This document shows, in pieces, positions 15,820-28,437 of a stretch of DNA of 64,000 bases. Positions within the stretch are counted from its first letter, which is position 1. Each line of letters opens with the position of its first letter. Origin of the DNA: the human T2T-CHM13v2.0 reference genome, Homo sapiens; the NCBI RefSeq assembly GCF_009914755.1, contig NC_060944.1; one strand, 5' to 3'. The notes under the pieces were generated by a model. The model saw only the letters and a program-made list of their open reading frames with translations, did not search any database and had not been told where the DNA came from. The translations under genes were made by a program, and so were the position numbers.

Positions 15820-16275
15820 TCATTCATTCTTTCAAAAAGTTGGTGAGTACTTAATAATTGTGTTTGAGATGCCAGTCACAATTCAGGCACTGGGGATACC
15901 AGGTAAATAAGGCAGGCTTCTGTCTGACCTCTTTGCATCTTCCCTTCTCATGGTGGGAAGCAGCAGAACAGAAGTAAATAAATAAAGTTATGAAGAAAAT
16001 AAAACAGGGTCATGGGATAGAATATGACTAGGTGGGATCTACTTAGTGTAGCCTGGAAAGTCACTTCTAATGAGATGAAATGATAACACATCTGAATTAT
16101 GACAAGGAACTAGGCATGTGAAGAGGCAATAAAGCTTGTTTCAGAAAAAGAGAACAGTAGTTGCGATGACCTGAGCTTGGAACATACTGGTAGCGTGCAC
16201 AGTAGACGAGTGCGCCCGGATCATGGCCAGCAAGAAGTCAGTGGCATGAGGCCAGTCCAAGGCTGGATCACAGAG
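15820..16275 (-). mobile_element. L2 3' end; appears to resume near 18120 after an L1 insertion
   Basis: Starts cattcattctttcaaaa...aggcactggggatac; ends ggctggatcacagag; continuation aagtcatggcaagaatt near 18136. Confidence 0.65.
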
Positions 16276-16284
16276 TTCTTCTTT

Positions 16285-18115
16285 TGTAACTCTTTTTAAA
16301 AAGTTTTAATGATTGCCCTAAGGGTTACAATACACACCTTTAATTAATTACAGTCTACCTTCTAATAATGTTACAGTGTTTCACATGCTGTATAAGAAAT
16401 CTTACAGCTGTATAATTCCGATGTCTCCTCTCCATCTTTTGTGATAATATAAAATGTATTGTCACACAGTTTACTTTTACATAGTTATAAATCCATAATG
16501 CACTGCTACTGTTTTTGTTTTTGACAATTACCTTTCAGAGTGATTAAAACTAAGAAAACTATATTTTGTATTTATATTCATTTTAACCATTTCTGGAGGT
16601 TTTCATTTCTTTCTGTAGATCCAAGTTTGTAAGTCATATTCCCTTTGTCAGAAGAATTTCCTGGCACACTAATCTTACTGCAAGATAGCTGATAATAAGG
16701 TCTCTAAGTTTTTTATTTGTTCAAAAAATATTTATCCCTCATTATTGAAAGCCATCTATACTAGGTATAGAATTCTGGGTTGACAATTTTCTTTCCAGCT
16801 TTTTAAGAATTTTACTCTATTGTCTTCTGACTTGCATAGTTTCTGATGATAAGTCTTATGTATTTTCTCTTTCTTCCCCCTCTATATAATGTGTCAATTT
16901 TTCTTTGGATTCCTTTAAGGTTTGCTATTTATCTTTGGTTTTCAGCAGTTTGAGTATGTGTATTTCTTTTAAAATAATTTTAAATAAGTGTCCTCTCTGT
17001 GTGTCATAACATTTTTTTTTACACTTGAATGCTGTTTACCTGTAAATGGCATGTGTAGAACAATGGAGATTGATGTAAATAATATTTATGCCTGATGTGG
17101 GCATGCAACTTTTGATAGACTGTTGGGGCTAGAGTTGAGCCTCTCTAGCCAGGAGTTGAGCTAAGTGTGGGTTTTGTTGCTACTATGGTTACTGGCTTTA
17201 CATAACTCTGGCATTACCTCATGCTTCCAGTGGGGGCTGGTTTACTGGAGGGCTTTTCTTAACGATACTACTCACCCTCACTTTGGGACTTCCCTGGATG
17301 CCTGCACATCACAAAGAGTCTCCTCCATGCCCTTACCCTTCTCTGATGGTAGACTTCTATTTCTTATTTCTCTGTGCTTGTTAGCCAGGGGTGGGGAGCA
17401 GTTATGCTGTCCTGATCAACCCTTAGTCTCAGAAAATCTTGATATCCCTGGGTTTTGAGGGTGGGGCTGTCTCAGAGATCCTGCCCCTCTCTTACCACCA
17501 GAACGCCTGTTATGGTCCATGCCTAGGATGGATGCCTGCCACTTCCCAAAGGGTAAAATGTTTCTTATTTTCTCTTCCTCTCAGTCATAATGAGTTTCCA
17601 CCTGTACTCAGGGGTCAACAAGGTTTGCTGCCCCTCCTGAAGCATCTTAAGACATTTGTAGAGGAGGAGGATTCAGGCAGGACATTGTGTCACTCCATGG
17701 TAGCCATTTCACTTCTATGAGCCTGCACCCCTAAGGGAGGCTTTCTCTAGCCTCTCTTTCCCAGTCTTTCTCCTGAGCTCCTGGTGGAGGTCAACGGAAA
17801 GGAATCTGCAAGTAAGTGCATGCCCATTGTGTCCCTCAGGATATTCTACACTTCGTTTTTAGCAATTTACACTCAATTCTGCTCACCTGTTTGCATGGCA
17901 GCCCCATCTTACTTGTGTGCTCTGCCACAGGTGAGCCAGTAATCATGTCTCATCTCCCTTGGATTTGACTTTTTGTCCCTTGTATTTCAGGCTACTTGAT
18001 TGCCCTGCAATCTCAGTTCTCTGATGGGTTTAAGTAACATTCTGACTTTGTAGATTGTTGAGCTTTTACTTCTTGCGAGATGTGTGTGAGCAACCTTCTT
18101 TTCAGCCTTCTGCTG
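16285..18115 (-). mobile_element. Old L1 (L1M) 5' UTR / ORF1 / inter-ORF fragment
   Basis: Antisense ORF1 motifs ctaggtatagaattctgggttgaca and tgtcttctgacttgcatagtttctgatgataagtc; 5' motifs ttgccctgcaatctcagttctctgatggg. Confidence 0.75.
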
Positions 18116-18299
18116 GAAGAGTTATATAGTCTATGAAGTCATGGCAAGAATTGTGACTGGCATGCAGTCAATGCTCAGGAAAAACGTATGAATTAAACTC
18201 ACAATTCAGAAGTCGTCTGTTATTCCACAGGTGGGTTATATTGACTCATGTAGTTTATTCTCCAAACTGAGCCGGAGGCATCCTTTTGGAGCACAAATA

Positions 18300-18790
18300 C
18301 TTCAGAGGCTTCCAGTGCCCTTAAAATAAAACATAAACCTCATTGCTTACTTACTTGGCCAGCGTAAGTCTGAACCTCATTACTCTTTCCTTTGTGCAGT
18401 GAGTGGTAATGAGCCTGATCTTCTTCCTTAAATAAAACACGTTTCCTATTTCATGCCCTTAAGTGTGCTGCTCCTTCTGTCCTGAAGAATGCCAGTATCC
18501 CGCATTTCCAAGGCTAGTTTCCTCTCTTCTCTCCTCAATGGCATTTCTGTGGTGAGGCCTTCCTTGAATAGAACCTCTACGATCTAATACAGTACCTGGG
18601 ATTTATATTCTTCTTCTTCACACTGATACATGCTTTTTTGTGTCTCCAGCACTTCACATGCATGCTTGTGACTTTCCCATGGTGAAATATGAGTTCCATG
18701 GAAGCATGAATTCAGTTTATTTCCCTGCTGTGTCCCTGGGACATAGCACTTCTCAGGTGCTCAACATATCAAAAAACAACTGAATCAATG
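18300..18790 (+). mobile_element. L2 3' fragment
   Basis: gtgaggccttccttga...tatgagttccatggaagca...acatagcacttctcaggtgctcaac...tgaatcaatg. Confidence 0.6.
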
Positions 18791-19038
18791 GAAATCTGCA
18801 TTAACTATTGTTAAACAAATCCCCTCTGCTGCTCATCCTGAAACACCCTACATGGAGTTGCCCAATTGAGAAGCAGCTCAACTGCAAGGCACGGCCTGCA
18901 ATAAGGAACGTCTGGGGCTCCCACTTTAATAAACCAACCCTTACATATCTGTCCACAGTGGTTAAGCCTGCAGGGCTCATTTCCCCAGTTAGCAGTGACC
19001 CAGCCTTTAAGTCGGCTTCAGTCTCTGCTGTGCCATAG

Positions 19039-19256
19039 GAGAGGCCAGCAAACTGTAAATGGCCAGAGAGTAAATATCTTTGGCTTTGAATGCCATATGG
19101 CTACAATGTCGTAACTACTCATCTGTGCAATGTAGCACAAAAGGAACCATAGACCATATGCAAATGAATGAACACGGCTGTGTTCCAGTGAAACTTTATT
19201 TACAAAAACAGACATTAATCCTATTTGGCCCACAAGCTGTAGTATGCAGATCCCTG
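19039..19256 (+). mobile_element. MER58A (hAT-Charlie MITE)
   Basis: ggccagcaaact...ggccagagagtaaatatctttggcttt...aaatgaatgaacacggctgtgttccagtgaaactttatttacaaaaacag. Confidence 0.9.
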
Positions 19257-19574
19257 GGCTGCTGACCAGTACCGGTCTGAGGCCTGTTAGGAATTGGGCC
19301 ACACAGCAGGAGGTGAGTGGCAGGCAAGTGAGGATTACTTCCTGAGCTCCGTCTCTTATCAGATCAGCAGCAGCATTAGGTTCTCATAGGGGCATGAACC
19401 CTATTGTGAACTGCATATGCAAGGGATCTAGGTTGTGCGCTGCTTATGAGAATCTGATGCCTGGTGATCTGAGGTGAAACAGTTTCATCCTGAAACCATC
19501 CTCCCCAACCCCGTCCATGGAAAAATTGTCTCCATGAAACTGGTCCCTGTTGCCAAAAAGCTTGGGGACCACCG
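19250..19574 (+). mobile_element. MER1B (hAT-Charlie), lacking its left terminal ~12 nt
   Basis: gaccagtaccggtc...ggcctgttagga...ggccacacagcaggaggtgag...ccatgaaactggtccctgttgccaaaaagcttggggaccaccg. Confidence 0.9.
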
Positions 19575-19754
19575 CTCTATAAGATCACCACCTCCCTCCT
19601 TAGGTGCTATCTCCAAAGGCCTGCATTTTTTAAAATCCATCACATGGCTTCTATTTTAACTCAGACTATTCCAAATATATTTGAAGCTTTCTGAAAATGG
19701 GTTCAGCCATGTTTGCGTGACAGGTTATCAGATGGAAAACACACTTAATTTCAT

Positions 19755-20270
19755 TATTTAAATATAGTTTATTGAGTTATTCCTACATGCCAGGCATGGT
19801 GTGGAGCAGTTTCCATTCATCCTGTCACTCGATCTCCCAACAGCATGATGTGTGCATCACTATTTCCATCTGGCAGTGAAAAAAAAAAAAGTCTCAGTGT
19901 GTTCTTTTTTTGCTGTGTGTTTTTTTTTTATTTTTATTTTTTGATGGAGTTTCACTCTTGTTGCCCAGCTTGGAGTGTAATGGCATGATGCAACCTCCAC
20001 CTCCCAGGTTCAAGCAATTCTCCTGCCTCAGCCTCTGGAGTAGCTGGGATTACAGGCATGCACCACCACGCCCAGCTAATTTTGTATTTTTAGCAGAGAC
20101 GGGGTTTCTCCATGTTGGTCAGGCTGGTCTTGAACTCCCGACCTCTGGTGATCCACCCGCCTCGGCCTCCCAAAGTGCTGGGATTAGAGGCGTGAGCCAC
20201 CACGCCCAACATCAGTGTGTTCTTGTGGTTAGTTATGGTGTTCAGAGAGAGTGGATCATGTGAGATCACA
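19755..20270 (-). mobile_element. MIR split by AluSp
   Basis: tttattgagttattcctacatgccaggca...ctcccaacagcatgatg...tatttccatct before the Alu; weak continuation after it. Confidence 0.5.
19907..20211 (-). mobile_element. AluSp
   Basis: Sp diagnostics gagtttcactcttgttgccc and gtttctccatgttggtcagg...actcccgacctc; exact 13-bp TSD TCAGTGTGTTCTT at 19894-19906 and 20212-20224. Confidence 0.95.
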
Positions 20271-23200
20271 GTTGGTTCTTTACATTTACAAATACTGGCT
20301 GGCACTGAGCTGGTTCCTCAACACGTGCTAAATGAGTTTCTACTGAGTCTAACTGAAGCGGACGTTTACACTTTGACATCAACGTTGCAGTTCTCTATCA
20401 TTCAGAACAGATGCATCTCTGCAGCTGCCAACTCTGGAGCCTGTGCTTATCCAATCTTCCCGCTCCATGAGACCCCAGAGTGAGTCTACTCATAGGATGA
20501 AAAAGCACTCTGTAAGGACCCTGGCCTGAGGAATGTCTATCCAAGGAGAGGCTCTTATTTTCATTCAAAAGATAATTGCGTGGAGACATTGACTTAACCA
20601 ACACTGGGGTTGAGCCAAACAGTTATTGAATCATCTGTTGATCCAGTTACAATGGTAAATACGATCAGCCTGTGTAGACAAGAGATTAGAAAGATAGCTT
20701 TTTCTTTTCCCTCTAAAAGGAGTTGCACAGGTTACTGTGAGAACTGTCTAATTTCTGAATGATGTCATGGGGAAGAGTATGCATTTCTTCCAAGCAAATG
20801 CCAGGTTAAAGAGTGGTCAATGGGTAGAAGCCACCATAGGCACCATCATCATTCACCATCACTCATTTCAGGTTTATTGTAGAGCTATTTGAGCATTGGT
20901 TGGGTGCATGATGAAGTTATGGTTGCCAATATTCAAGGACATTCAAGGTGAGCACCCACTGAGGATATTCTAGAGAGCACTCTAATGATGCATGCAGAGT
21001 GTATCTAAACTCCTTTGTGTTCTTTTCCTTATGCAAGGCCATAATATTCTATTAGGACCATTACTTCAATTGCAGAGAAATATTTCTCATTAAAAAATGC
21101 CTGTTGAATGAGGACAGCTGGCAGGAAGAGCCACCTGTCCAATTAGCAGCAGCCCAGCCGTGCCTCTCCCAGATCCTTTGGCTCCCTGTAACCATCTTGG
21201 GAGCTTTCATTTATGTCTATAACGGTGTTCCTCATTGTTTTCTACAAAGCAAAAAATGTCTGGAGAGACAGCTGGTTCAAGACATCTTACCTGTATAAAC
21301 AATATCTTTGCTTTCCAGTCTGCGGTGGCATTGTTCTGTCCCTGGTTGAATACGTTATGTTTGAAGACATTCAAGTTGTAAACACAGAGCCATCCATCCT
21401 TCAGCTAGGCAGGGGTTTGGGTAATTAACAACAATCAAAGTTGCTGTATTCAGAGGTTGGAAGAAGATCTGGAGGAAAGATTCTCACTCTTGGTTTAATT
21501 TGCTGATGAAAATGTTGGATGGGGAAGAAAGCTTAGTCTGGTCCTCTCATCTTGCAGGTTGAGAAATGGGGGCTGGATCAATGTAGGTGGCAAGACAAGA
21601 ACTTATGATTCACTTTCCTTCTCTGAGACCAGCATTACTGCATTTATGCAACACAGGAGAAGACTGAAAGTTTGAGGGGAGAGAATGGCTTTCCTTCATT
21701 TGGAGTTCTTGAGAAATCAGTTTCTGAGTATGGGCCTACTGGGATTTTATTCCATTCTTCCAACCTTGCCAGTCTTCACAAACGTTTGTCCCACTACTGC
21801 AGGAGTGGCAAAACCTTAACCTGCTTTTGGGCTTTACTTGGACAGTTTGTCAAAGAGCTGTACTGAATACAAAAGTGCTCAAAAAAACAACAGTGTGTAC
21901 CTGGGAACCCTAGAAGCCATTCTTCCCTCTTCTAAATTAGATCCACTGGATTATGAACTTTTGGCTGGGTTGGAATTGCTCCCTATACAGCTCTGAAGAC
22001 ATGCCTCTTTATCTTCCTGTCCTAAATTAGAAGCAGGATTTGAGAAGGCGTCTTAACTAAGAGAATAAAAACATTCTCAAACAGATTCGATTGGAGGGAG
22101 GAGCTCATACTACTTTTAAGGCCACTGAAGAAATATTCATTGCATATGGAACTGTGTTGCTCTTGGTATTTCCTGAAACAGTTCTCATTTCAAACATTCT
22201 GCCTTATTACCCAAGTAAGTAAACTCATACACACAAAAACGTCTTTCCTCATGTTGATTTCTGGAATATGATCCCTGTTACTTTATGGAGTATGAAGATA
22301 GTAAATCCAAGTCCTCCTCCTCAAGAAGCTTTCTGTCTGGTTGAAGAGCTCTACATGCATGAAAAATGAGCCAAACAATTCGAGAGATATTTGTCTGCAG
22401 GGAAGGATTAAGGGCCAAGTGAGTGGAACAGGAGAGGACTGGTGGGTAGAGTCCTCAGGTGCTTGTCCCTGTTGCAGGTTTTGCATTTGGAGAAAGACTG
22501 TGTGCCTTGTCTCATGAGACAAGATAACGTCTGGCTCAGCTTGGTGACAGTGCATTGAAGGTCCATGTGGCTTTGTCTGCCTATACAACAGTAGCAGTGC
22601 AGATGAGCTTAGATTCCTTTTGTTTTACTGGTATCATATTGACATTTTATATTCTTATTTTGTACTCAGCGACTGAGCAAGGCAGAGTTCATTCCAAACA
22701 CTGCAGCTGAAAGACTAACTTGCTTCCTAGAGGACAATAGTTAAATACATTCTCAACTTCCGAGTCCTCCCAATTGAAGTTTTGGTGCCTACAGTGGTGC
22801 CCACACTTGTGGCTGATGCATACGTGAATCCCTTTATCTGTTTTCATGGACAGCTGCGTTCGTGCTCACATGGCATGGTCGGAGCTCTTCCATCATAAGG
22901 ATGTTGGGCAAAACCTTCTTTGTGCACCTGTACCCACCTATTTAATTTGCTCCAGTTAAAAGAGAAACAGTTTGAGTGAAAGGGCTAGTATCATTTATTT
23001 TAGTGATAAATATTTTAATTTGTTCTAAGACTTCCAAAAATCACACTCATTTTTCACGTACATTTTTAAAAGTATGTAAAAGAAACATAAACTTATGAAA
23101 AAAATGTTAAAGAGCATATATCTTGTTAAAACAGCGGTTATTTATTAAAGGTAATTGTAGCTATTTAGTTTGGTGGAAATAAAACTTTATACACCCCAAA

Positions 23201-23708
23201 AATATGTGGGGGAAAATTATTGAATGCCTTATCTAGCTATGAATTCCTTTGAACTATTGACTATTGAAGTCCTCTGACTATGGACTATTGAAATACCTAT
23301 TGATGTCTTGCCAGGAAGCCACTGTCTCACAGCCATAGGAGCAAGGAAAATTTGCCTGATCCTGCTGTGGTCTCCTCTTGCCTTCTCTCATTTCCTCCCT
23401 CACGACTCACAGCAAGTAGAGGTGCACACACTACTTGTTTTCCAGGAAAGGCTGAGGAATGTTTAGGGAGCAAATGAGTGAGAGAAAGGTGACTTCATCT
23501 CCTGAGAAAGCAAGGCAGAAGGAAGGAAGTGACGCTGGAAACATCTCTGAATATGCGTTCTCCTGGAACCTGAGTCCTGTTCCCTAGGACTGACTCTTGC
23601 ACAGGAGGGGGCAGAGATTAATTGTGCTGGAGTGCTGTAGATTTTTGGCTAGAGAGCTTCCTAAACACAAGACTCTTTAACACAAACTGAGGAGGAAATG
23701 CTCTGCGG

Positions 23709-23876
23709 CCCTGGCTACTCAAAGTGTGGTCCATGGACCAAGAGCATCAGCATCACTTGCTGGATTGGGAGAATGCAAGGTCCCAGGCTCCACCCAGGCC
23801 GGTTGGGCCAGAGCGCAGATTTTACCAAGGTCCCAGTGGGATTTCATATGCGCAGTAAGGATTAGGAAGCACACTG
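23709..23876. mobile_element. MER5-family MITE
   Basis: ctactcaaagtgtggtccatggacca..gcatcagcatcact...gattttaccaaggtcccagtgggatttcatatgc. Confidence 0.75.
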
Positions 23877-24149
23877 CTGTGGGTGACATGAGAACACGCT
23901 TTGTCTCCTGGGTGAACAGTGCAGTGCGGACTGGAGGTCAGGGTTTGGCTTCTCCCACATCAATGCAAAAAGTCATTTATTGTTAGCAAAAACTAGCAAG
24001 CTTTTCTAAGGTGGTATTACAAAAATGTATGAATGAAGCTGTTCTTTTATCAAGAGACGTGCACACATATAGGCCCACAGCATCCAGTCTCCTTCCTCCT
24101 GGGTCTCCACTGCCAGCAGCAGAGGCCTGTGCATGCGAGCTCACCTCAA

Positions 24150-24290
24150 TCCAGACTGCTCAGTGGGAGCTTTGAAAATGCACCTGTCCAGGCCCTGCCC
24201 AAGAAGAATGAAGTCAGAAGATCTGGGAATAAGTTTCAGGCACTGGTACATTAAAAAAATGTTCCCTAGTCATTCTAAGAGTAGAGAATT
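24150..24290. mobile_element. MER5-family partial copy
   Basis: gggagctttgaaaatgc...ccaggccctgccc...aagtcagaa...ttccctagtcattctaa. Confidence 0.55.
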
Positions 24291-24437
24291 GATGGGCAAA
24301 GTTAGGTTTCAGGAGAAAGTTAACTCAGGGGTATTTGAAAAGATGAGGCCGACTTTTCTACAACCTTCAAATAAACCAAAGTCACTTGTAATAGTGTGGC
24401 TTTCATCAGAGTCCTGAGTAGGAACCGCAATTAATAG

Positions 24438-24513
24438 GCACACACATACATACATATGGGTGTGTGTATGTCTATGTGCACGTGTGTGTGTGTGTGTGCG
24501 CGCCTGTGTGTGT
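24438..24513. repeat. Mixed CA/TG microsatellite with a 31-nt alternating purine-pyrimidine run
   Basis: tatgtgcacgtgtgtgtgtgtgtgtgcgcgc at 24473-24503. Confidence 0.9.
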
Positions 24514-26776
24514 AAAACCTCCATCTCCATCCCAGGCCTTAACCACCCCCCCCTCTTTTTTTTTGCTTCACTGTAAGGACACAGTGCAATTATGTAAGTT
24601 ACCTGAGCTGGGCCACCTAAAAATTCAAATATTCATGAAAGATTGACTGACTGACTCCATTCAAGCATTTTGTAGGACTCTATTGTGCATACTTGGTTTT
24701 AAAACACATACATATTTAATTTTCTCTTCACGAGAATGTATTTATAAAAATAATAATAAGCAGCATCCTCAGAGGACAGAGGAAATAAGACAGATGGGAA
24801 GAGAAGCATCAGAACTGTCAATTGGAGGAAGGAATACCCTAACGTGTCTTTAGAACTGCTGATTATGTGTTCTTTGCTGGAATATGGTTAAGACCTTCTC
24901 CATGGAATTTATAAACACCCCAGACCCTGAGGTCTCATTTCCATGATTAGGCCTTTGTCTAGAACACCACCAACAGCAAAATCCTAGGAAATACTGCTCA
25001 TGTCCAGGGTGTGGAGTAAAAATACTGGGTCCACTGCCATGTAGACGGTGTGGTTCCTACTCACCAGACTATACTGTGGAAGACAAATTACTTTGCTTTA
25101 TTTTCTCTTAATCCTATTGACTCTCACATCAAGCCACCGACACATCGAGTGGGTAGGAAAATCAGTCTGCACTATCAGCAGCCTACATTTACCCGGAACT
25201 GGGACCCAGTTCTGCAGACATTGGAGACGTCACTGCCATTTTGGTCTACCCAGTTTTGGTTATCACCGAGCCATCTGTTCCCCTGGCTGTGTGAGTGTGT
25301 GATATCTGAAGGGTTATTGGCTTTTCTAATCTACTGGAAGTGTAGCATAATAAATCTCTGCAGAGCTGGGAGGGCCTAGCCTGGGCCCCTGTGGCTTTAT
25401 CCCGCCTCTGTGGTAGGACCTAGGTCCCTCCCATGAGCCACCTCCCTCCTGCCATCTCCCAGATCTCGGTAAGCCCTCTACCTCTCTCCTTCACTCTATC
25501 CATCTCTACCCTCTCTCCACTTTCCTAGAAGTCACTCTCTAGGATTAAGCTTTCCATCTCCTAGAGGACACCTGGAAAACTCAGGCTTTCAGAAAAAGAA
25601 GATGAGGGCTACCCTCAAACAGCTTCTGCACGTAGCCCTTCAAAAACCCTCAGGCCACCTGAAAGGGTGGGGGATATTGGGAGGGAAAAGTGGAGGAACA
25701 ATAGAGTGCCTGGGGCGTAAATTAAAATCTCAGTGAGTGAATCAGCTACAGATTTGGAAAATATTAATATCCCCTAAGGCAGGCATTTGTCTCAGGGTTA
25801 GCTGCAACCAGGCACTCATGTAAGTCAGTTAGAGGACTCAGAAACGAGATGCCTTCAGCCCTCCTGCCTCCTGTTCCTCCATTGCTCCTGCACAACCCTG
25901 GGTGATGTGGCTTCCTTGGCCACTGTGGTATTTTCACCATGTTAACTGGCTCCCCAGTGGGTAAAAATGGACAGAAAATGAGCCAGTGAAGGACAAAAAC
26001 CAGTGTGTCTTGAATAACTATCCTTGCTATTCATGGTAGACAGGAGAATCCAAATAGAAGCAAAATTCCTGGGAGAAGCTAATGCAACAACTTCATCAAA
26101 GGATTCATCACTACATTCTAGCCACAGGTGTGATGGGCCATCTGGACGATGGCTGGGCACTGTGCTGGGATAGACTCTGGCTTATTCATGTTGTGCATGA
26201 ATGTCACATGAATGTTACATTCAGTACAGTTGTAAAATCCCAAAGGGAATTCTGAAACAAACTTTTTACAAAGTATAATGTGCACAAAGCATAGTGCACA
26301 GAGGCAGAGAACAGTTTCCAAGTGAACTCACCTATTTATCTGGCAATTTTGCCAATAAACAGAATATCACCAGCATGCTAGATTTCCACAGTTGCTCATC
26401 TGGTCCCCTGAAGGAAACCATTATCCAGCTCTCTAGTATTACATATTCAATACTAAGTTCAATACTGCTTCTGAACTTAGTGTAAATGCATTCAGACAGT
26501 ATTTACTTTCTCTGACTGGCTTCTCTCATTCACTGCTTATAAGATTCACCCATGTTGTTGTGTTAGCCGTAGTTTGCTCTTTCTCATTAATATATAATGC
26601 TCCCTTGTGTGAATATTATATTATTTGTTTATTCATCCTGTGTTGATGGGTTATCTTTGGTTTAGCACCATTCCAAGTGAAGTCGATATAAATATATATG
26701 CATTTTTTTAAATAGATGCATTTCTATTGAGTGTGTAACTAGTAGTAGAGTGTTGTGTTTGGGTCAATTTTGGTAG

Positions 26777-27160
26777 TGATACTGTTTGAATTTGTGTCCC
26801 CTCCCAAATCTCATGTCAAATTGTAATCCCAAGTGTTGGAGGGGAGGCCTGGTGGGAGGTGACTGGATCATGACGGCGGACTCCCCCCTTGCTGTTCTCA
26901 TGATAGTGAGTGAGTTCTCAGGAGATATGGTTGTTTAAAAGTGTGCAGCCCCTCCCCCTTCGCTCTCTTCCTCCTGCTCCAGTCATGTAAAATGTGCCTG
27001 CTTCCCCTTTGCCTTTCACCACGATTTTAAGTTTCCTGAGGCCTCCTCAGCCATGCTTCCTGTACAGTCTGCAGAACCATGAGCCAATCAAGCCTCTTCT
27101 CTTTATAAATTACCAAGTCTCAGGTAGTTCTTTATAGCAATGCGAGAATGGATTAATACA
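26777..27160 (+). mobile_element. MSTA MaLR solo LTR
   Basis: tgatactgtttgaatttgtgtcccctcccaaatctcatg...ctcaggtagttctttatagcaatgcgagaatggattaataca. Confidence 0.93.
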
Positions 27161-27972
27161 GACACATACAACCAGTTTTCCAAAGCAGCTATGATCATGT
27201 CTACTCCCACCCCAGCGTGTGAGAGTTTCAGATATTCCACATCTTAGCCCACACCAGGCAGCCATAGTCTTTTTTACCTTTGGCCATTATGGTGGCATAA
27301 ATAGTACATTGTTGTTGTTTGAATATATATTTTCCTGTTGATTAATGTTGCTGAACACCTTTTCATATATGCATTGTAAAAGTGAAAATATTCATTAGTT
27401 AAGTACCTTTCCTGGTATTTTTCTCATCTAAATTTACTTTTTCTACATTTTTTATTGAATTGTAGTTCTTTATATGCTCATACATGTTATCAGCTTTCTG
27501 CATTTCAGATGTCTCCTTCCACTCTGTAGCTTATCACTCTCTTAATGGTATTTTTTGATAAGCAGTTCTTAATCTTAATGAAGTCAAGTTTATCTTTTTT
27601 TTTTAAAGCTGGGGTGTGCGTATGTGTGTGTGTCCTATTTAAAATCCTTTGGCTCCCCTAAGGCTGTGAAATACTCTGTTATCTTCTAGAGGCTTGTGTT
27701 TATTTTCATATTCATATCTCTAACCCAGGTGGATTTGATTTTTGCATATGTGAGATGGATAGTCAAGACTCAATTTGTTAAAGTTGAATTCACTGAGGTA
27801 TGATACATATACACGAAGTAAAATTCACCTCTTTTACAAGTTCAGTTTGATGGATTTTGGCAAATACATGCAGTCATATAATTATAACCTAACAGATATT
27901 TAGAACAGTTCCACCACCTCAAAAGCTTCTCTGTGCTCCCCTTGGTAATTGATTCCCTCCCTCCACACCCTA

Positions 27973-28437
<465 letters not shown>

